A DNA stretch of 58,071 nt, counting the filler, from Sphacelaria rigidula (taxonomy: Eukaryota): NCBI GenBank assembly GCA_964200075.2. It is 9 parts of 9 records of this genome, joined end to end, with 100 filler letters (N's around TTAATTAATTAA, not from the genome) between each part and the next. Parts side by side here need not be neighbours in the genome. Positions count along the whole stretch, not along the records: positions 6,465 to 12,828 come from CAXNAA020020515.1; positions 12,929 to 19,292 come from CAXNAA020020516.1; positions 19,393 to 25,756 come from CAXNAA020020517.1; 6 more parts are not named here. The stretch is one strand, 5' to 3'. Under the pieces are notes generated by a model that was given only the letters and a program-made list of their open reading frames with translations, was not told where the DNA came from and did not search any database. Positions 12,196 through 22,879 of the stretch are shown here, one piece after another (positions within the stretch are counted from its first letter, which is position 1; the number at the start of each line of letters is the position of its first letter). The translations under genes and the position numbers were made by a program.

Positions 12196-13967
12196 GTGTC
12201 GAAACACAGAAGTATTCCCTCGTGTACGTGCGTTGCAGTTCGTATAAAACGACCGATGAACCGCGCAATCAAAAGAAGCAAAGCACAGCACTAGCGCGAA
12301 CTTTTTCCGTCACGAGGAGTTGAATACAACGAGGAGGAACAGCCCGCTCTCCACTCTAAACAGACAGCTGCACGCTGATGATGTCTCTACTTCGTGTTTC
12401 ACAACAACTACAGGGTGAAGTGAAGTTGGCAATACAAGATGAGTCGGGCAGGCGGTAATGACTACGAACAGAGCACACGCCGTTGTCCATGTTTTATATG
12501 TTTCAAGTGATCGTTACCCTAAATGGTAGAATACGGGTTCGCTGCGGGGTACGAACCGTAGTTCACGTGTAGCCCATCTGAAGGTGAACGAAGTGACTAT
12601 TTTGATCAATCACAACTACCGAAATGATCACTACCCTCGCTGCCAGGCCTCGTTCCTGGCTTGGAATTTTCCGCGGGAAACTTCCAAACACACAGTCGAC
12701 TTCGTAAGCTGTCCGGCTGTTTTGTACATGCCCCCCCCCCCCCCCCCCCCCCCCCTCGCGAACAAAGCCGCCCCCCCGCTGGACCGAGGGGACGGCTGAG
12801 CGGGCAAACACAAAGACCACAAAACAAANNNNNNNNNNNNNNNNNNNNNNNNNNNNNNNNNNNNNNNNNNNNTTAATTAATTAANNNNNNNNNNNNNNNN
12901 NNNNNNNNNNNNNNNNNNNNNNNNNNNNCCAACTTACCCGAAATTTGGAGCAAAAAATGGACTAAAATACCCCCCCCCCCCCCTATCGTAGGATGACTCT
13001 TATGGAAAGCTACTCGTAGTGTGCCGAGGTGTTCACGCGACCAGCGTGTGCTCCAGATTGCAGCATGAACGAACTCTTATGCGCCACACTAGTAACAGTT
13101 AGGTCACCGCCATTGGTATCTCTCTTCACCCCGTATGTCAATAAGGTCTCTACAAGTGTTTGATCTCTTATACACCCCACTCAACTGGCGTGTGGCACGT
13201 TGTTCTCGTCGGGCACTCGGAGGGTCAGATGTGAGTAAAATCAACGATGAATAACACCCCTCAACTTGAAATTGAATATATTTGTTATGGTCGCACCACC
13301 GCCCTTGCTGGCATGTGTGTGGCAGAGAACAGTAGTAGCGGTGATGGGAACATTGCCCTGTTTTCCAACGACATGTTTTTCAGCGCACCGAGGCGCGTCC
13401 TGTCCAAAAGGAGAGACAGAAAGAAATGGATCTTCGCATTCGTGAGCTCGACACGCAATTGTAGGACGAGAGGAAATCTATCCGTCGCTCGATGTTTCGG
13501 CACATGGAAAATTGGGCACATGCTGGTAACATCGACGATGCCAGTCTCTCGAGAGTTTGATGATCGCCGAGCGAGGACACACAAAGGACACGGGCGAGGA
13601 GTTCCTCGCTGTCGTTGCTTCTCTGTCTGGTGATATCGTCATCGACACGCGTGTACATCGCATTCGTCAGGTGCACCTAGCCACAGTTGCTCAACTGCTG
13701 CGGATATTTGGGGGGGAAGATCGCTTCGCTCGGCCGTGAGTGTTTCGCGTCATCCCTGCCCTGCAGAGAAGAAATGCCACTTCAACCTCATTTTCGAGAT
13801 GGACCCCCTTTGCCAGGATCCACTGTTACCAAGCGCGTTCGAACAACTCTTGGCTGCTTTTAGCGGCGATTGAAGTGGAATTTCGAGGAAGAAAACGGCG
13901 CAAAATACCCCCCCCCCCCCCCCCCCCCCAGGCCATCCCGCCCGCGACGGCCCCCCCCGTATCGTAG

Positions 13968-14033
13968 TGCTCCGTCTCGAAAGGGATGCGTGGTCAATGG
14001 TCAAATGACTAAGGCAAGCAACAAATGAGTACG
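13968..14033 (+). mobile_element. 66-bp 3'-terminal LINE fragment with a 14-bp TSD
   Basis: TGCTCCGTCTCGAAAGGGATGCGTGGTCAATGG...CAACAAATGAGTACG matches 5822-5885. Flanked by CCCCCGTATCGTAG at 13954-13967 and 14034-14047. Confidence 0.9.
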
Positions 14034-14059
14034 CCCCCGTATCGTAGCATGACTCCCGA

Positions 14060-15175
14060 GGTGCTTGACGAAAACCAGGGCCTTCACCAATGGTGTGGGC
14101 TTTCCCCGGTTTGTTCACTATTTGCTTCATCGTGGTGCTGACGGTGACATTTGGCCGCTTCTTGATCAATCAGTTGGTGGCGAAGGACTTCACCCGCATC
14201 GCTGAACGGAGCCGGAAGACGAGGGACGAAAATAGCAAAGTGTTGCGGGCCGTGCTATACGCCGACGACACTTGTATCGTCTCGCGATCTCAACGAAGCG
14301 TTGCAAAGGTGATGACGATCATCGTCGAAGTCTGTGCTTCATGGCGGAAACGAAAACGCTCACCACGCACATACGCTCCCCGAGTATGAAGGCGGATGTG
14401 GTGGAGGTGGAGGCGGCGGGCCAAAGAGTCATGCTACGATAGGGGGGGGGGGTGTTTGATTCCACGTAAAAATGGGCTCAGAGGCGCGTCAGACCACCCA
14501 ACCCACTCGCGGTGTGCTTGTATTTGGGTAAAATCGATGTCAACCAGTATGAGTGAGCATTACAAATCGGAAGCAGGCGCGTTCGAACTACCGTTGGTTG
14601 CTGTTATCAACGACGATTGACAGTGGAATTTGGTGGAAGAGAACGGGTTAAACTATCCCCCTTATCGTAGCATGACTGCAATATCACAAGCAAGTTGAGA
14701 GCAATTCGTCAATGTCGGCGGCAAAATCAGTAGAGTCGGCGGTTTCACTGCCTAGATCCACAACCTCATTAGCCAGATCTGGATGCGCTTCTACAAGTAC
14801 AGCAGCGCGGTATGCGAGACCGCGTATATCGCCCTGGTCACCAAGGTTTATCTCGTGAAAGCAGAGGTGATCGAGGTACTGCTATACTGCTTCGTGACCT
14901 GGACGATCTCTCAAGACAACTTCGGCGCGTTACGGGAGGCCGACGAGGTAGTCCTGCTGAGCTGCCTCGGCAGGCATACCTCAATCCGCAGCGCTCTCGA
15001 GTACCAAATGCTGCCATACCGCTAGTTCCTCGAAAGAGCTGGTTGCGAGCGCATCGAGGCTACCGTGATGGGGCGAATCCTCGTACATGTCGGCCACGCC
15101 GTGCGCAAGCACGAGGAACGCCTCCCCAACATCGTCACGCGTGTAGTGATGGTCGGAGCAAAGACGGAGGGGGGG
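14060..15175 (+). mobile_element. Degenerate RTE-like LINE reverse transcriptase (second LINE lineage), interrupted by a MITE
   Basis: AVLYADDTCIVSRS (~14250), VEAAGQ, KAEVIEVLLYCFVTW (cf. LLYGCETW) and ERLPNIV. Frameshifts and stops present. Confidence 0.85.
14426..14678. mobile_element. MITE with GAG..CTC-type termini (Sola-like); related right ends at ~12960-12999 and ~13830-14055
   Basis: TIRs GAGTCATGCTACGATAGGGG / CCCCTTATCGTAGCATGACT(G). Flanks CAAA/CAAT suggest a 4-bp TSD. The RT-like reading resumes after removal. Confidence 0.75.
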
Positions 15176-16576
15176 GCTAATACCAAAACTCACGCCATGC
15201 AAGAAATTGTTTGCTATGTGTGCTGTGTTGTCCCATATGTCATGGACGTCGGTCTACACGTTTCGGTAAATGTGGGCGCACCAGCGGGGGTCACACAGGA
15301 GGAAGGCCAACATAGCAGGTGTTTTTGTTTGTTTTAGTTCTACACCTTCCTTCTGCGGTGCTTCCCTTTTATTTATTATATCGAGAGGGGTTCAGCGGCC
15401 CCTTTCCCCGTCGACCGTGAAGTCGAATTTTGTGTACCCACGGCACAGTCGCCCTCAACTGTTGAGCATTGTGTGAGAAAATCCCAGATCGCTCCGAGGT
15501 GTCACTGTTCAATACGTTCCCTCAGTGCCAATCGAGAACCACTGATACGTAACTAGCAGGCCGTCGCGAAGACCACTCGGGAGAGCATCTACCGTCTTCC
15601 GAACAGCTTTGGCATTCGTCTATGAGCGTGCCTACGATGGCTGATTTGACCCTCGCTTAGTGGTCATTTTAATCCCACTTGTCGTCTGTCTTTTCTTCTA
15701 GGTAGCAGATGTGATGGGTTTGACTCTACCTTACCCCCAACTGACCAGGGAAAGCTGTTTCTCTTCTGTTTTCTCGACCTCTCCATCCTTGTTTTATTTG
15801 GTGTTGTCTTGTGTGTTTATTTCTTTCGATAGATTGCCCTGTGTCTAGGACGTTGCCATCTCGGATTTCGGCGGTGAACCCGGAGTGGTCTCGCCTGGGC
15901 CCTCTACTCTAAAGTGAAGGTCTATCCGTAGCTTCTTTTGTATTTACACGTGATATTTATCTCCTTACGGTAGGTAGTGGAGGGACTGGTAGACTCGTTT
16001 TAGTAACAACACGCCCAGGTATCATCGTGTACATGAACACTTTGCTTTGTGTCTCGTTCGAATCACGTGTTGCATAAAAAACTACCTTTACTGCAGTATG
16101 GTTGCGTCCTTACATTCCTTGCCAAAAATCACGCTCCCCGCGCCTCGTACACAGTACAGTTCATGATAACCAGAGGATGTCGGTGGTGTTTATTTCATGC
16201 ATATCCGTTTTTGAACTGGTAGGGTATACTAGTTCGTACAGCACGGAGCATTCGGCAGTACTATATCGAAAAACTGGTAAACCACACCTCCAAGTGCAAC
16301 AACCATGGACTCGTTGGCATTTCTTCTGCGTGCTTTCGAGTAAAGCGTCATGAAACATGCACACGTGGACGAATAGCACCCTGTAGGACGAGCTGCACAG
16401 GGTTCTCCACAGTCTTTGTGAAAACTACTGTGCAGAATTTGCAACCCCTAGAACCTGTGATGGCATTTTGCATAGCGTTTTTGTCGGAACCCTGGAAGCA
16501 ACCCTGAGGAGAGGCCTTCCCAATTTCGAGAGTTCCAAATTATTTTGGTATAAAATCTGTAAAATTATTTTTTTGG

Positions 16577-16668
16577 AATAGCTTCTCCTGCTGTCCGAGA
16601 TAAATTCCTTTTTGCCCGATTTTAATGGAGCGAAAAGGTATTTATGTCGGACAGCAGGAGAAGCTATT
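16577..16668. repeat. Hairpin with perfect 22-bp outer arms inside a repeat-rich, probably transposon-derived segment (~16480-16870)
   Basis: AATAGCTTCTCCTGCTGTCCGA ... TCGGACAGCAGGAGAAGCTATT, with further degenerate ACAGCAGAAGAA copies at ~16725 and ~16852. Confidence 0.8.
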
Positions 16669-19392
16669 TGAACCAGATCCTTTTTTCGCCCATTTTATTT
16701 GGGCAAAAAAAAGATGTATTTTGAACAGCAGAAGAACCTATTCAAAACAGATCCTTTTTTCGCCCATTTAAATAGGGGAAAAAGAGAATCTATTTCGAAC
16801 AGCTTATTCTGCTGCGCAAATCCCATGCACACTTGCAGGGTTGGAATTAGAACAGCAGAAGAAGCTCAAAATAAATCTTCACTTTGCGCTCCAATTTCAG
16901 TCGAAAATTGGGGAGATTTATTGCAAGCAGCGTCAGTTGTGCATATCCCGCATACTGCACCGTTACCAGCGTATGGGATCATATGCGCAACAAACGTTGT
17001 TGGGAGCAATTCATCCTATAGCCCCAAAGGATTAATATTTCTCAACAGCTCTTGCTGAGTAAAGATTCCACACATTGGTTACGTGTGTATGTCCACACCT
17101 GTGCTTCAAGCACAAACTTGGCGGGATAAGATGCGACGGGAACGGTATATAGCTCGCATATGACTTTATATTGCTTTTGAAAACCCCGTGGTGCGCAGTC
17201 TACCAAAATCACTAAACCGAGTATGCTTTTGTTTAGAGAGGTTTTTGCTTGATATTTAATAGAAGCACAAAATATTTTGCATGCCATGACAAGCCAGGTA
17301 CCTCAATGTGCACACTGACGTACTCCAAAACACAAAATTGCGAGCTCGAGTCCCACTGCTATAGTGTCTCCTGCGTTTTTTTCTGCCAGGACGATGCCCA
17401 TCCTGTAGAGAGTATATTGTATGTGCGCTGCAGAGGCTGTACAGCATATTAACAGCGATGAATTCCACACGGAGTGACGAAACCCTGCGAAGTGCCCTTT
17501 GTGGCACAAAATAATACCCTACAGTCAAATCCCGCGAGAAAACCCTGCACAATGTCCCTGAAACCCTGTGAAGCGTCCTGTGGGGCGCAAAAAAAACAAC
17601 TACAGCCAGATCCCCCGAGAAACACTGCACAGTTTCCCTGAACCCCGTAGACGTGCCCCACAGGGTGCTATTTGTCCACGTGTGTGAGGAGCAGCACCGT
17701 GACGGGCTGCCACAGGAGAGTACAACGCTGTAGTACACAAGCGCGCTGGCACGGTGTCGGCAACACGGAAACGCTAGCGCACGTGCTGCTCGAAAATAAG
17801 GCGATATGCCCGTGGAATGTAATTCAGTGCGTTTTATTGAATTTCAATGCAGAGGTTGCCTTTTGGGTGTGGATCCGATACTGTGTACCGATCGCGGCGT
17901 GACGTCTGCGGCGGTACTACCTGCTTACTGCACAGCGGCATGGTTCAGGGTGACAACGTACACCGCAGAACGTCGCATCCTTGGTCTACCCCTGTCTTGC
18001 ATTGATTTCGCGTTGTCCTATGCAGTTCGCCACATCATGAGTGCAGCCGTTGCATCGCAGCCAAGGTGTACGCATGGTGTAAACCTCCTCGCCACGCGCT
18101 ATTTTGTGAAACTATGTCACATTTTGTAAAGCTGTCCGTGTTGCAGCTACAGCGTGTGTTTGCCCCAGGAGGCGCACGCAGGAGTGAAAGGCCACCTCCA
18201 CCGCTGCCTGTATCTTGGGCGAAGTTGTATGGTAAAACAGCCGCGGCCGGTGCGCCCACATATACCGAAAGGTGGAGACCTTCGTTCAGAATGTTTGGGA
18301 CGACAACACACACAGCACACTCGACGTTGCGCAGTACACTTTCCACATTGCGTTCGTACTGTCTGTAGGAAGTTTCCATATATCATAGATTGCTCTGCTT
18401 TGCATCATGCTTCCAATTCTCTCTTGTATTTCCTTTTGTCACGATGGAAAAAGAACATAATAACAGTCTGGATTCGTTTTTGAGGTTTAACATTCAATTG
18501 AGGTTCAACGGACCACCGAAAGTTTATTTATTTTGTTCAACAGGCTCGGGATTCGCAACCGCTTTCGATCATGTGCCCCTAACCCAAATGTTTCTGCACG
18601 GCAGCGAAAGCATGATCATGAGAAGTCCAACACAAAACCCCCGCCATTCAGTCTGCGGCATATTTTGAGCAACTCCCGCGTCTAACCGCTACGGAACACG
18701 TAACAAAGCATGCTGAAAACATACGTCTTTGGAATAGCCATCGAGGTTTCGAGCGCCTCTTGTTGAGTATCTGAGAGAGACTTCATACTGTCGCGCCGGC
18801 GACGACCGCCGTCAGCGAGACAATCCAATGCGGAGACAGACACCAGCGATCTTCAAAACGCAGCATGATTCAACAGTCTGCTGAGATATACCATCACCAA
18901 AGGACAGGATCACTACAGTACGGCCGATAAAATGGATGTCCCACAATAAAGATGCAGACACACACAACGGGGGTAAGGGTTAGTCCCACGCTTGGGGTTG
19001 GGGTTGTTTCGACAGTAGTGCCCATGCGAGGTGCTTCATCCAGTCTGGACCAGCTATCACGCCTTGTATGGCCATCTCCGCCGTGGCTGTATTGAGAACC
19101 GGTTTCGCGGTGAGGCTGTCGAACAATACTACTGTAGGTAGTGCAACGCGCTTGCGACATCCGAGCCGGTTCATTGAATTTAGGACCCGCATCAGCTGTA
19201 GTCTGAATATCCCTCCTGACGGTCCCAACCGGGGTCTGATCCAGGAGCGGAAAGCGATGGCACCGTCCTCCTCAGATAGGATTTGTGACCACNNNNNNNN
19301 NNNNNNNNNNNNNNNNNNNNNNNNNNNNNNNNNNNNTTAATTAATTAANNNNNNNNNNNNNNNNNNNNNNNNNNNNNNNNNNNNNNNNNNNN

Positions 19393-21450
19393 GGGCACCA
19401 TCGCTGAAAGTGTGGGTGAAGCACTGTTTTAGGGTTGAACCTCATCTCGGAGTTAAACCTCAATTCGCACAATTTGTTGTTGAAAGCTGATCTCGGCCCA
19501 CCGTGTGAACCCCATGGCACTTTGTGCATTATTTTTGTGTGGGCAAGACAAGTTGTAAACTTTCCTATGTCTTTGAACCGGTTAACGGCCGATCATCAAA
19601 ATTGAGGACGGAGCTTTTCATTGAGGATGATAATCCGAAAATGAAAGTCTTCGCATCCACACCAATTCGTCGAGATATGGTTCCATTCCTTCATCTGCTG
19701 GTAGCTTTTGACGACCACCACACGCCATACAAATTTTGATTCCGATGACCGAAATTTGAGGGACCTAGGTAAAGAAACAATTATTGGGAATGTAGATGAT
19801 CCGAGTGGTCATTTCGCAAGCTGCTTCGCAAGCTGCTTCGCAAGCTGCAGAAGCTGCTCCTGTCTAATATTCAATTTGTTCTCAAGAGGCTTGTTGGATG
19901 AACGTTTGCGGGCTACCGCTGACCGACACACACACATTTCACACGCGTAGAATATGGGCTACCATGTAGGGCAACACGCGTTATGAAGGAGGCAGGGTAC
20001 CTGATGACGTTTCCCCACACAGGATCGGATCCATGATAACCGAGGGTGAACTGGTCCGATTCGGTAGGTTTGGCAGAAGACATACAAGGGTTGATCCCCG
20101 GAAGGGGCGGTAATAGAATTGGTGTACGCCGGACTCGCTGTAGCGTCTACGGGCGTAGAGGTGGGTGGTCTCGCAGATAGCCAACTTGGGAAGGCAGAGT
20201 CGCCAACGTTGTCTGGTCCTGTCGGGTCATCACAAATAACGGGTATGTGCCAATCACTGGAGTTAGATATGACAGATAGTGCCTCTTGCGAGATTCCAGC
20301 TAAGTAAGATCGTTGATCTCGACGTCTTCTTCCCTTTGAATGCTCGAGAGAACGAGAGTTTCCACGCGAGGAGAGGGTATGTGTTGTTTGCTCATCTTGG
20401 AGGGTAGTTACACGGGGCTTCTCCTGTCGCCAGAATAGGAGGGCGTGAAACTTCTGATTAACCAGGCAAAACCGCAATCTTGTCCGATTGGGTTGATGCG
20501 CTCAGCATCGGGAAGAGTCTGGATGGAGCATGTGGGCTTTTCGGCTGCATGTTCAACAGCGACCTCAACCCCCCAAAAATGGTCAGGTGGGTGTCGCTAA
20601 ACTTAGCCTACGGTGGATCCGTTTGTGATGGAAATCGTGGAGATGGGGTCACTTGTGTTGAATTGGTGCAGATTTGTCCAAAGTGATGAAGTTCAAATTA
20701 TTCGCGCAGGACTCAACTGAAAAACGTACGGGCGTAGGCCGTAGCCTCGATAATTGGCAGCCTGCTATCTCACTCATTATATTCACTATTATTTCTGTGG
20801 AGTGAAGTCCAGATCTACGTGTAGTTTTTACATGTGAGTCAATATAGCTATTTCTCTGAGATACGAGAGGTGGCGGTGAATATGGTTTATTCCGGCCGGC
20901 GCTATTTTCCCCATGATGCGCCCAAGGAGCCAAACGAGAATGATTGTTCGATGGCTCCGTGGGCGATAGATACTAGGAAAACATCAGGGTACTCCATGTG
21001 CGTCATCGACGGCGCCGAAGACTGAGAAATGTTGGCGTCGGGAAATCATGGAGTCGGTCGACCAGTCATGAAAAAATCCGGGTTCCGATGGTTTGGGTAG
21101 TAGTCACGGGGACACAGTCCCGTCCGTTGGTGACGGTCGGTAGTACGGTGGTTACCTCGAGAAGATGAACCATCTCTTCGGCGGGAGCCATCGTGCTGTG
21201 TTTTGCCGTCGCGATTGTTGACGTTGCGGCGATCGTTGTTATATCTGCAATGATTCCTACCACCGTTGTGATTACGCAATTTATGGTATGAAATCCGGTA
21301 GTTGCGTATGCGTTTGGTCCAGTGACGCCGTACCGGTTCGTTGGTCTTAAGGTAAGCGTTGATGAGATCGAGGAGTTGATGCAAGGGCCAGGGCAGACAC
21401 GCATGATGAGACCATAATCAGAAGAGCTGGTGGAGTCATTGCAGTGGCGA
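19393..21450 (-). mobile_element. Highly degenerate Ty1/copia LTR-retrotransposon internal region (gag end, integrase, RT)
   Basis: Minus strand, in copia order: R/N/G-rich gag tail with a decayed knuckle (GLCPRDYYPNHRNPD, ~21080); integrase-like VFGAVDDA (~21010); DTHLTIFGG...KIAVLPG*SEVS (cf. HLRIFGC...FLGYS, ~20450-20600); RT-like VVVKSYQQ (cf. RLVAKGYxQ, ~19710); HKVPWGSHGGPRSAFNNKL (cf. KSLYGLKQAPRAW, ~19500). Confidence 0.65.
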
Positions 21451-22879
21451 TGAAGGGCGCCACGTCTATCAGCTGACGAAAGAAGGGGGTATTGGAAAGC
21501 TAGTGTTGTGTGGTGTTGTCTCACTAGACAGACCTGTCCTCTCACTACAGTAGCTGTGAAGCTCACCAGCGTCTTGCAGCACAAGACAGGGATCAGATTA
21601 TGTTCACGGGCGCTGATTTGGTCAAGGCAGAAAAAAATACAGTCTCTTCTCGAACCAGGAAAATGAGAGAGAGTAAGAAGAGTGACAGGGGGTAGGGGAT
21701 CGAGATCTCGGGTGGCCATTGGGGCGCCTGTAAGCTGGAATTCGGACGTTACAGACGTTGTGACGTCCAAATTTGAGGTTACAGGCACCCCAGTGGCCAC
21801 CCGTGGATCATGAGACCTCAGCTGCGATCACTCTTTGAACAAGAAACGATTCTGCGTCACGAGGGACACGTACGTCAAACCAGATTATATCATCTGGTTC
21901 AACAGTTGCTGACGTGTTAGACTTGCCGGCCTCTTACACTAGATCTACTGTCAGCCGCATGGCCTAGATACTTCGCTGTGAGAAACAATGACGGTACGTG
22001 ATCTGAACCAATACCCCACGTAGCACGTTGCCTGAAAGAAAGGTTAAGATCTAATTAAAACGGTTGCGTGATTTCTTTGAACCGTCACAAGTTATCCCGC
22101 TACTGTGCTTCAAAGCTGACATCGAGTACAAATGTAAAGGCTGCGTTGTCTGAGATCGAAAAAGGGGGTCCCACAAGTGTGGATCAGTGGTCGTCCACTC
22201 TGAAGTTTACACTGCAAAAAATGTGGTCCCAGGCTTCTGCTAAATGAGATAGTCCATTAAATTCCGCAAGAAAATAAGGTGATTTCCGGGTCTTGAGACT
22301 AAGGTCCATTGTTATCGACACTGTTTTTTGGAGATATCCCAGGATCTCCGAAAATTTCAGACAGTGGTGACCTTCAAAAGCTTGCGAGCGTCACGACGTA
22401 CACACAGTACAGCTTTCCGAAGTGCTGGGTTGCAGTCCTAAAAATGCAGATTTCTTCAAAAATCGAGCCCCTCCAGTGTTGGAGAAGCCCGAACGGAGAG
22501 TCCGACATGTCCGAAAAATTCAGGGGTTTCCGAAAAAATAGCGTCGATATTAATGGGCATCATCACCGAACCGCTATCAAAATAGAGACAGGGATCCAAG
22601 ACTCACAACACAAGGCCTGTGCGCGGCCACGAGTATCAAGGTGGTTGCTCGCAGAGTGGTTGCTTGTAGAATGACTAGCCTGGGGTTGCAATAAAAGCAG
22701 AACCAACCGTATCTTTTGCCGCGGATAGCAGGCGTCAAATGTTCTGTTGGTCAGTCTACATAACACCAACTGAAGCGTAAGGGACGTCCCGAGTAGCAAG
22801 GTCGTCAGGAAACAAAGAATGTACCAACGTCGGATACCGGTGTAATGCACTGTCCCGAATATAGGACTAACATGCCATC

